A stretch of 64,000 nt of DNA from a virus: the IMG/VR virus record IMGVR_UViG_3300046459_000436, positions 16,674 through 80,673 of that record. One strand, written 5' to 3'. Shown here piece by piece: positions 56,743 through 64,000 of the stretch (positions are counted from its first letter, which is position 1; each line of letters opens with the position of its first letter). The notes beneath the pieces are model-generated. The model searched no databases, had not been told where the DNA came from, and saw only the letters and a program-made list of their open reading frames with translations. The translations under genes were made by a program, and so were the position numbers.

Positions 56743-58061
56743 GGCAACGGCTTCTTCTGCCAGTAGTCCGGGCGGGCGCCCCCGTTGAGGTGGTCGATCA
56801 AGTCGTCCATCGCCTTGCCAGGATCTATTGCGAGGTGCAGGAGACGGGAGTACTCCGCGTATGCCTCACGGTCGGCTGCGGTCAGGCCACGGCTCATCTT
56901 CCGGTCCCAGTAGGACCCTTCGCTCTCGAAGCGATCGAGAAGTTCATCTCGATTCAGCGTAGACAGGTCATTCTCGGTGAGCCGTTTGAATGCTGGCACG
57001 GCCAGTCCCCTCAGGTGCGCCTTCATTGGAGCGGGTCCCATCCGGCGCCCTCATCCCCGTCGAGCCACGCGTAGTAGTCGCTGCCCTGCCACGCGGTATG
57101 CCGTCCGTGATGGCCGCGTTCTCCGCAGTACGCCGTGTCGGGCATCGGGTCTTCGCGGAAGGTGGCAAGGCAGGTCGCCACGTCGTCCTGGTCGGGCCCG
57201 TACTTGCAGCCGGGCGCGTGCGGGAACGGGAACCGGTTGGACCGCTCACCGCACCCGTCGCCGTCGCAGACGTCGTATCCGAAACTGGTCATGACCGCTC
57301 CGCCGCCTTGATCGTTGCTCGGAATGGCGAGGCGGCGGCCGTGTACGAGCTCGCCGGGTTCGCCGCATCCACACTCGCAGGGCTCGACGTTCGGCGCGGT
57401 TACTGGAGCGACGGGCTCCTTGGGCATCGGCCACTGGTTGGTCCACTTGTCCTGATGCACTTTGCCGCCGTGTCCGGCAGACAGTACGCACGGGCTGGTG
57501 CCTGATCGCGGCTCGGGCTCGCGCGCCCCGCAGGTGTCGGTCACGACTGCTCACCCGCCGCGTCGGCGATCTCCTTCAGTTTCTCGATCAGCGCGGGCAG
57601 TTCGGAGAGCGGGACACTGCTGCCGTTCGGGTCGGTCTTGAAGTACACGCCACCGCCAGCATCGGGGATGTCGGCCGTCGTGATGAGCAGTCGGTCGCCG
57701 TCCACGTCGGCGTAGGTGAACTTCGGCGGCTGCGCGTTGACGACCGTAACGATGCTGGTCCGGGTTCGCGGGGTTTCAGCGGTGCCCACTGGCTCTCCTT
57801 GCTGCTCGATTGGGGCGGTCACGAGGTCACCACGACGGTGGCTCATGCGATCCGGTCCGGCTCGACCATCCACGTGAGGTCGATGACCTCGTCGTCTCCG
57901 GGTTGCCGCTTGGTGGGGTCGACGGCGACGAGGCCTGTGACCTCCACGAGCGTCTTCCCGCCGTGGTAGTGGATGTCACGGATAGCGACGAGCCCGCCGA
58001 TGGGGTTGACGCGCGTCGGATGCGGGACGAGGTTGCGGACCTCGCCGACGGTGATGGGCAT
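56739..58061 (-). CDS. Operon of four hypothetical genes (56739-57026, 57023-57544, 57541-57822, 57843-58061)
   Basis: Coupled ORFs divergent from the RHH gene. Confidence 0.55.
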
Positions 58062-58077
58062 CTCATTTCCCCTGCTC

Positions 58078-58132
58078 GTAGGTGGTTGACCACCTACAAT
58101 ATGGCACACCCTGGACAGGTGGTCAACCACCC
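58078..58132. promoter_or_regulatory. Twin palindromic operators
   Basis: GTAGGTGGT-TG-ACCACCTAC and AGGTGGTCAACCACCC. Confidence 0.75.
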
Positions 58133-58147
58133 TGGCAAGATTGCCCC

Positions 58148-58339
58148 ATGGCCAACATGCACAAGGAGAAGCTGCGCGGAGTGCGCGGCGTAGACGACCA
58201 GCTCTGGACCGACTTCGAAGCGGCTACCGCCCGAGCCGATAGCGACCGATCGGCCGAGCTCCGGCGCTACATGGAGTGGTACGTGCGGCGACCCGGTGCG
58301 GAACATCCCCGCAGACCCCAAGAATCCGAAGCGCCATAG
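58148..58339 (+). CDS. Ribbon-helix-helix regulator
   Basis: LRGVRGVDDQLWTDF...RSAELRRYMEWY. Confidence 0.78.
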   Translation: MANMHKEKLRGVRGVDDQLWTDFEAATARADSDRSAELRRYMEWYVRRPGAEHPRRPQESEAP

Positions 58340-58341
58340 AC

Positions 58342-58357
58342 TCGAACACGTGAGCGA
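58342..58357. promoter_or_regulatory. LexA (SOS) box overlapping a start codon
   Basis: TCGAAC-ACGT-GAGCGA compared with the actinobacterial TCGAAC-N4-GTTCGA. Confidence 0.6.
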
Positions 58358-58736
58358 ACAACCACCCCCGCGCGTGAAGGTCACCCTGCCGGACGGCACG
58401 GCCCTCGATGGACGGCTCCACGCGCGACGACGGCGCTCCGACGGGACCTGGTGGTACGAGGTCGCGGTCGAGGTGCCCGCCGGGGCCGTGACGCCGGTCG
58501 ACGGGGAGGACTACAGCGGGGTGCCCACCGAGCGGGCCGAGCCCCGGTACGTCGTCGACAACGGGCTGCCACCGGTCGACGGGAAGCCACGGCTCGAACT
58601 CCACATCGCCGGATGCTGGTCCATCAACCAGAGGCCCGGAGTCATCGTCACAGCCATCCCGGACGCGCGAGAGGCACGGATGATGTTGCGGTTCGAGGAC
58701 ACCGTGGCTTGCGGGGTGTGTCGGCCGGAGCCGTAG
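58350..58736 (+). CDS. DUF6233-like protein
   Basis: RRRRSDGTWWYEV...LHIAGCW...ACGVCRPE. Confidence 0.7.
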   Translation: MSEQPPPRVKVTLPDGTALDGRLHARRRRSDGTWWYEVAVEVPAGAVTPVDGEDYSGVPTERAEPRYVVDNGLPPVDGKPRLELHIAGCWSINQRPGVIVTAIPDAREARMMLRFEDTVACGVCRPEP

Positions 58737-58806
58737 GCGATGGGCTGACCGGAGTGGGTGGCGGGGGCTACTCGAAAGCGGCTTGAAGCCCTTCGAGCGT
58801 ACTCAA

Positions 58807-58837
58807 ACTCCGGATAACTCACACTTATCAAGTGGTA
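58807..58837. other. lox/dif-like recombination site upstream of the Cre-like gene
   Basis: GATAA-CTCACAC-TTATC inverted repeat in an AT-rich patch. Confidence 0.55.
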
Positions 58838-58871
58838 GAATTGGCACGTCAGTTCGCCATTTGGAGGTCGC

Positions 58872-59915
58872 ATGGACAAGGAACTCGAACCGATCGTGGA
58901 AGCCGAACTCGTCCTCGACGAGGAAGCGTCACGCGAACGCGACCACCACCTGTCCGGCGAGACGATCGCCGACCTGAAGCGGGCCACCGCCGCAGCCACG
59001 GACCGCGCATACGACCGATGGTGGAAGATGGCCCTCGCCTGGTGCGAGAGCGAGCAGCGCACCCCGCTCCCCATGACCGCAGAGACCCTCGCCGAGTTCA
59101 TCGGCCACCTCAAGCGATCCACATCGCCAAAGACCGGCAAGCCCTGGGCGCCGGCGAGCCTTAACCAGGCCGTGGCCGCCGTCCGTACCGCCCACTTCCG
59201 CGCTGGGTTCGAAGGTCGGCCGAATACTCGTGCCGCAATCGACCTCATCAAGGTGCACCGCCAGGACCGCGCGAAGGACGGCTGGCGAGCCCGGCGGGCC
59301 AACCCCGTCACCCTCGAAGTGCTGCGCCTTCTCCTGGCCCGCTGCGATCAGAACGCGCTCAGCGGCCGACGGGATGCCGCCGTCCTTGTGCTCGGGTACG
59401 GGCTGATGGGGCGCCGGTCGGAGTTGGCGGCCTGTCGCATCGAGCAACTCACCCTCGGCGATGCATGGCTGACCGTCTTCATCCCCATGTCCAAGACCGA
59501 CCAGGACGCGCAGGGCGAAGACGTCGACATCCCCCGCACCCTGGCTCCCGACATCGACGCCGTGGCCATCGTGCGCAGCTACCTGGATGGACTCGGCGAG
59601 CGTGGAATCACCGATGGTCCGCTACTCCGAAGCATCGACCGATGGGGGAACCTCGGCGAGAGCATCTCAGGAGAGGGGATCAGTGACATCGTCGTGAAGC
59701 TCGCACGCGAGGCGAATCTGACGGACGCAGAACGGACCACCGCGCACGGCCTCCGGGCCGGCGGACCGACCGATGCAGCCGAGCGTGGTGTCCCCATCCC
59801 CTTCATTGCCGAGCATGGCCGCTGGAGCAAGAACTCCACTCAGGTGCTGACCTACGTGCGTCCTGCTGACCGGCGCCGGAACAATCCGCTTCTGCCGCGC
59901 GACAACCGCGCGTAA
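58872..59915 (+). CDS. Cre-like tyrosine recombinase/resolvase
   Basis: TDRAYDRWW, RDAAVLVLGY..MGRRSEL, SKTDQ, HGLRAGG, GRW...TY. Confidence 0.9.
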   Translation: MDKELEPIVEAELVLDEEASRERDHHLSGETIADLKRATAAATDRAYDRWWKMALAWCESEQRTPLPMTAETLAEFIGHLKRSTSPKTGKPWAPASLNQAVAAVRTAHFRAGFEGRPNTRAAIDLIKVHRQDRAKDGWRARRANPVTLEVLRLLLARCDQNALSGRRDAAVLVLGYGLMGRRSELAACRIEQLTLGDAWLTVFIPMSKTDQDAQGEDVDIPRTLAPDIDAVAIVRSYLDGLGERGITDGPLLRSIDRWGNLGESISGEGISDIVVKLAREANLTDAERTTAHGLRAGGPTDAAERGVPIPFIAEHGRWSKNSTQVLTYVRPADRRRNNPLLPRDNRA

Positions 59916-59932
59916 GGAGTCGGGCCGCGGGG

Positions 59933-60121
59933 GTGGATGGCCGCTGGCGCTCCCACAGCATGCGGCGAGGATTCGTCACCGCCGCCCGAGCCGCCGGAAA
60001 GGACCTGGTGGACATCGGTCGGCATGGCGGATGGGCCGACGGGTCCAAGGCCCTGCTCGCGTACATCGAGGAAGACGACGGATGGGGCGAGAACAACCCG
60101 CTCATCGGCATTGGCCTCTGA
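59933..60121 (+). pseudogene. C-terminal remnant of a second Cre-like recombinase
   Basis: SHSMRRGFVTAA...IGRHGGWADGSKALLAY...NNPL, with no N-terminal domains. Confidence 0.8.
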
Positions 60122-60126
60122 CAGCG

Positions 60127-60158
60127 GAACGCCCGCCCCAAGCAGAGGGCGGGCGTTC
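60127..60158. terminator. Hairpin terminator
   Basis: GAACGCCCGCCC...GGGCGGGCGTTC. Confidence 0.7.
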
Positions 60159-60486
60159 GAGCGGCGGGTGTGACCCGCGCTACCGTCCGACGGCCGATCG
60201 GATGCCGCCACAGGGGTGCGCACCGCCAGACGGAGAAGCCAGCGTAGCGAACGTCCGTGTGGCCCCGCCCGGCTCTCCAGGTGGGGCCACACTCCGCGCG
60301 TACCCCGTGGGTGGCTGCGCGTTCAGCCGTATGAGCAGGGTGGCATGGGGCACTGACAGTGGGGTCGATGTCTTCGTCGGACCGCCGCGGGGTCACGGGA
60401 TGGTCACCACCACGGCGCGGGTGGATGTGAACCGGGTTCACAGCTGTACCGTCATGTCTCCATCAACTAGTCCTTGGGGGGACTTA

Positions 60487-61137
60487 ATGACTCAGCCGCC
60501 GCAATGGGGACAACAGCCCGATCAGCCGCAGCAGGGGCAGCCGCAACAACCGCAGTGGGGCCAGCAGTTCACCCAGCCCATCGCACCGCCGCCTGGCCCG
60601 CCCGGTCAGGGGCCAAGATGGGCACGGAAGCGCATCATCATCCCCGTTGCCGCGGGCCTGTTCTTCTTCGGTGTCATCATCGGCGCGGCGGGTGGGGGCG
60701 ACAGCACGACCGCCGCCAGCGCGAAGCCCGCGCCGACCGTCACCGTCACCACGAACACCGTCACCAAAGTCAGCGCCGCGCCGGAGCCGGCGGTCACCGT
60801 GACGAAGACCGTCACCGCCAAGCCCGCGGCGAAGAAAACCACCGCGGCGCCCGCCGGGAAGGCCCTGTTCAAGGTGTGGGGGTCGGCGCCGTCCGGGGTG
60901 GACATCACCTACGGCAGCGACGGCGAGAACATCGGCAGCCACAGCGTGACCATGTCCAAGACCCTTACCGTCAAGGACGACGCCCTGTACTACCAGATCA
61001 CCGCCCAGTTGCAGGGCGGCGGTGACATTCACTGCTCGGTCACCATCGACGGGAAAACCAAGACCGGGCACGCCAGCGGCGGGTACAACATCTGCTCGGC
61101 ACAGCTGAACGGGGACTTCGGCGGCGGGTTCAGCTAG
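60487..61137 (+). CDS. Membrane-anchored exported protein (MmpS-like C-domain), possible superinfection-exclusion moron
   Basis: Q/P-rich N-terminus, single TM, T/V-rich stalk, DITYG...IHCSVTIDGK...CSA. Confidence 0.7.
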   Translation: MTQPPQWGQQPDQPQQGQPQQPQWGQQFTQPIAPPPGPPGQGPRWARKRIIIPVAAGLFFFGVIIGAAGGGDSTTAASAKPAPTVTVTTNTVTKVSAAPEPAVTVTKTVTAKPAAKKTTAAPAGKALFKVWGSAPSGVDITYGSDGENIGSHSVTMSKTLTVKDDALYYQITAQLQGGGDIHCSVTIDGKTKTGHASGGYNICSAQLNGDFGGGFS

Positions 61138-61152
61138 GGCCGGACATGATGA

Positions 61153-61186
61153 AGCGCCCCGCCCTCCCGAAGGAGAGCGGGGCGCT
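61153..61186. terminator. Bidirectional terminator at the end of the late operon
   Basis: AGCGCCCCGC...GCGGGGCGCT between convergent genes. Confidence 0.75.
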
Positions 61187-61201
61187 GTTGCGTGCGGTCG
61201 G

Positions 61202-61363
61202 CTACGCGGTCTCCACGACGTCGTACCCGCTGAGTGGCGGCGCTGGCGGTTCGGGCGCAGCGACGGGCTGCTCGGGCAGCACGCCGAGGTCGACCATCGT
61301 CGTCGTGTCACCTGCCGTCGGATCCGGGCGCGGGGTGACCGGGCGGGGTGGGTTACTGGGCAC
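61202..61363 (-). CDS. Small Pro-rich protein (53 aa)
   Basis: Own translation MPSNPPRPVTPRPDPTAGDTTTMVDLG...; overlaps the previous stop. Confidence 0.45.
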   Translation of the reverse strand: MPSNPPRPVTPRPDPTAGDTTTMVDLGVLPEQPVAAPEPPAPPLSGYDVVETA

Positions 61364-62078
61364 GCTGGGCTCCGATCTTCCGGTAGGCGGCCGTCAGGGA
61401 AAGCGCACCCACCCCGAGCAGGCCATGGTTCGGCGAGGGAGAATCCGTGGGGGCCGGGCTGTCCGTCGAGGTGTCCGCGCAGTCGTACTGCGGGGCATCG
61501 TCCGGCGAATCGGCGGTGCGCGTGCACGTCACGTGGTGCGTCACCCCGGTGCCGTCCGTCCACGGATAGGACCAGCCCGCCGGCGGGGATCCGTCGGATC
61601 CGTCCCTGCCGTCGACCCCGGCCGGCCCGGGATCGCCCTGGACGCCGGCCGGACCCGGACTCCCCGCCGAACCTGGGACGCCGGCACCGCCGGGGGCCCC
61701 TGACGCACCAGGCGACGGCGTGATGGTCGGTGCTGGCTTCCCGGAAGCCCCAGCCGGTCCGGGTGGGCCCGGCGGCCCGGGTATCGGCACGGGCACCTCG
61801 GCGCGCGACGACAATGACGGCACAGCCTTCGTCGGATCCGGGGCGACCGGCGTGTCGCCCTTCGCCTTGACCTGCTGGCGCAGCGCCCGCACATCCCCGG
61901 CCAGCGTGGACACGGCGTTGCCGCGAAGATCCGCCTCCGTGGCCAGTTGGTCCGCGCGGTGGGACTCGGTCTGTATCTTCAGCCAGCCGAGAGCCACCGC
62001 CGCGGTGAGGAACAGCAACACCGCCACCAGGGCGAGCATTGAGCGGCGTCGGGCGAACAGGCGCTCCGTGCGGGTCAC
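61353..62078 (-). CDS. TM/coiled-coil/collagen-repeat protein of the lysis cassette
   Basis: N-terminal TM, Gly-X-Y repeats, C-terminal hydrophobic tail. Confidence 0.75.
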   Translation of the reverse strand: MTRTERLFARRRSMLALVAVLLFLTAAVALGWLKIQTESHRADQLATEADLRGNAVSTLAGDVRALRQQVKAKGDTPVAPDPTKAVPSLSSRAEVPVPIPGPPGPPGPAGASGKPAPTITPSPGASGAPGGAGVPGSAGSPGPAGVQGDPGPAGVDGRDGSDGSPPAGWSYPWTDGTGVTHHVTCTRTADSPDDAPQYDCADTSTDSPAPTDSPSPNHGLLGVGALSLTAAYRKIGAQRAQ

Positions 62079-62341
62079 GGGTGCCCCCCGAGCTGTGCCA
62101 CCTTCAGGCGCAAGCGCGCGGACTCCAGCCGTTCAGCTGCTAGTTCAGCGCGCACGGTTCGCACCTCGGCGATCAGCTCTTTGCGCTCCTCTTGGAGCTC
62201 GTTGGTCAGCGTGTTGTAGCCGCCGATGACTCCGCCCTCCCGCTGAGACCGCCCTGCGACCCGGTGGCCGTACAGGGCGCCGGCGCCGGCCAGTGACGAG
62301 CCGATGAGTGCGGCTATCGCCGTGACCGTGGCGGCGTCCAT
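62075..62341 (-). CDS. TM plus coiled-coil lysis cassette protein
   Basis: N-terminal TM followed by heptad repeats. Confidence 0.7.
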   Translation of the reverse strand: MDAATVTAIAALIGSSLAGAGALYGHRVAGRSQREGGVIGGYNTLTNELQEERKELIAEVRTVRAELAAERLESARLRLKVAQLGGHP

Positions 62342-62372
62342 ACGCTCTCCGAGCCGCTTGCATGGGGCGGGA

Positions 62373-62687
62373 TCAGGCGCCCGAGGGGCGGGCGGTCACC
62401 AGCGAGTCCTGCGCCTTGCGGGCCACACCGAGCGGCTGCCATGCCCCGTAGTGCACGGCGATCGCGGTCACGAGCGACACGATCCAGAACAGGACCCCGA
62501 CGCCGAGCTGGTAGTGGTCACCGGCCGCGGCCCACTCGTTGAGGAAGCCGTTCGCGGCGGTGAACACGATGAGCAGCAGGCTCTTGAGGGCGGAGCTGGT
62601 GAGTCTGGTGGTGACGAGGCCGACGAGGATCGGCAGGACGGTGGAGATGAGCAGGCCGATCACGGCCTGAGTGGTTGAGACGCCCAT
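62373..62687 (-). CDS. Holin
   Basis: Three TM segments, directly downstream of the endolysin. Confidence 0.75.
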   Translation of the reverse strand: MGVSTTQAVIGLLISTVLPILVGLVTTRLTSSALKSLLLIVFTAANGFLNEWAAAGDHYQLGVGVLFWIVSLVTAIAVHYGAWQPLGVARKAQDSLVTARPSGA

Positions 62688-62712
62688 GATGGCACTCCAG
62701 TTCGGTGAAAGA

Positions 62713-63519
62713 TCAGGCGGTGACGGTGAAGCCGTGGCGCTTGCCGAGGCGGGTCAGGGATGCGATGCCCGGGTAGCCGTCGGCTGCGGTCCCGGTGTAC
62801 GAGCCGCCGGCCTTGGACTTCTGCCACGCCGCGTAGGCAACCTTGGTCTTGGTGCCGAGGCTGCCGTCGACCCACTTCTTGGCGAGGAGCCCTTCGGCAC
62901 GCAGGGCCTGCTCCAGCAGGAGCGCCTCCGCCTTGTACGTGACGTGGCCCTGTGCCCCTGCTGCGTCGCGCTTCATGGCGGTGACCAGGTGGGCGACAGA
63001 CACGCTCTTGTGGGCCGCCGGGGGCGCCACGAGGGCGGTGGCGGCGGCCATGATGTCGGCGCGCTGCGCCTTCCGCAGGTCGCCGGGGCAGGCGGGGTGT
63101 CCGCCCCAGGCCTTGCCGCCGATGCCGTGGTAGGTCAGGCCGTGGGCGGTGGTGGAGTCGACGACGACCAGCGGCCAGCCGAACTCGGTGTGCCCCCAGG
63201 CGTAGATCTTGGCGACGCCCTCGATCTGCGCGGCGGTGAGCGGCTCCGACGGGTAGCCCTCCGTCTCGACGCTGGCGTAGTACGGATTGCCTGCGGCCTG
63301 AGTCCAGGCGTAGTCGACGCCGGTATTCACGTACTGCTCGATCACTCCGGTCTTGGAGACCCAGAAGTCGGAGCTGGCCTGTGAGGAGGCCTTGTTGAAC
63401 CAGCCGAACGGCGAGTTGTTGCCGGCCTGGACGTGCAGGACGAGGCCGCGGTGTTCCTTCACGCCGTTCGGGTGGAAGTTGACGACGGGGCGCCAGGTGG
63501 CGCCAGGCATGCGGGTCAT
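62713..63519 (-). CDS. Endolysin, N-acetylmuramoyl-L-alanine amidase plus peptidoglycan-binding domain
   Basis: LVLHV, IEQYV, SVETEG, H...HPACPG; DGSLGTKT...ADGYPG. Confidence 0.88.
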   Translation of the reverse strand: MTRMPGATWRPVVNFHPNGVKEHRGLVLHVQAGNNSPFGWFNKASSQASSDFWVSKTGVIEQYVNTGVDYAWTQAAGNPYYASVETEGYPSEPLTAAQIEGVAKIYAWGHTEFGWPLVVVDSTTAHGLTYHGIGGKAWGGHPACPGDLRKAQRADIMAAATALVAPPAAHKSVSVAHLVTAMKRDAAGAQGHVTYKAEALLLEQALRAEGLLAKKWVDGSLGTKTKVAYAAWQKSKAGGSYTGTAADGYPGIASLTRLGKRHGFTVTA

Positions 63520-63522
63520 GGG

Positions 63523-64000
63523 TCACAGCCCTTTCTGGACGGGCACCGTGGCAGCGACGTTGTTGTCGTGCGCCCACGCCTTCATCAGAGCCAGCGCCTG
63601 AACCAGGCGAGGATCCGCAGGAGGAGTGGGAACGGGGAGAGGGGATGGCGGCTCCGGCGTGGGCTCGGGCTGCGGGAGGGGGTTGGCCTCGCCGGTGAGG
63701 TCGGTGAATGCCGCCCCGAGCGCGTAGAACGACGGCAGGCCCGTGAAGTAGGCGCCCGCCTTCTGGACGCCGTCCTGGTCGAGGGCGACCCAGCCCTCAT
63801 CGACGTACTTCTTCCAGAACGCCCACGTCACCCGGGTGCGCGCGCCCCAGGTGATGATGTCGACGCCGGCCGTGTCGTAGCCGACGGCCATGACGCAGTG
63901 GCCGCCCTCGATGCGGGCGCCCTTGACGACGTCCCAGACCTGGCCCGCGTTGAACTGGTCCATCGCGGAGTCGGGGAAGTTCATGCCGATGTTCAGCGAG
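63523..64000 (-). CDS. Papain-like cysteine peptidase domain protein (5' end outside window)
   Basis: GGHCVMAVGYD...IITWG. Confidence 0.65.
   Translation of the reverse strand, partial: SLNIGMNFPDSAMDQFNAGQVWDVVKGARIEGGHCVMAVGYDTAGVDIITWGARTRVTWAFWKKYVDEGWVALDQDGVQKAGAYFTGLPSFYALGAAFTDLTGEANPLPQPEPTPEPPSPLPVPTPPADPRLVQALALMKAWAHDNNVAATVPVQKGL

Larger units (their letters stand above)
1..64000. mobile_element. Temperate actinophage genome (Streptomyces-like), extending beyond both window ends, with an embedded conjugation module
   Basis: Terminase, portal, integrase, repressor/cro, replication, holin and endolysin genes; overlapping stop/start codons throughout; no host core genes. Confidence 0.95.

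Noticed and set aside
1-64000. rRNA, tRNA, cas1/cas2, reverse transcriptase, radical SAM genes
   Set aside because: None recognised in the sequence or the ORF track

Overview
High-GC actinobacterial (Streptomyces-like) temperate phage DNA spans the whole window, and no host housekeeping gene is seen. Most genes are on the minus strand. From the start of the window: head and packaging genes (1-8 kb; terL carries a -1 frameshift inside its Walker A motif); a plasmid/AICE-type conjugation module with TraB, a clt-like repeat locus, Spd-like membrane proteins and a KorSA-like GntR (11-22.5 kb); an accessory island with TnpB plus a degenerate 63-bp-period repeat array, a Panacea TA pair and a hyaluronan-synthase/NodC-like glycosyltransferase (23-28.4 kb); early, replication and recombination genes (28-51 kb); the immunity switch and tyrosine integrase with an apparently intact attP (51-54 kb); DNA-damage-regulated accessory genes, an orphan FxSxx-COOH-like peptide and a Cre-like resolvase with a lox/dif-like site (54-61 kb); and the lysis cassette (61-64 kb). 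Gene order implies a circular/excised or permuted genome rather than a simple integrated prophage. The strongest novelty candidates are the phage-borne TnpB with a CRISPR-like mini-array, the phage/conjugative-element hybrid, the FxsA-like peptide and the phage HAS-like enzyme. All functional calls come from motif recognition by eye; no database search was run.
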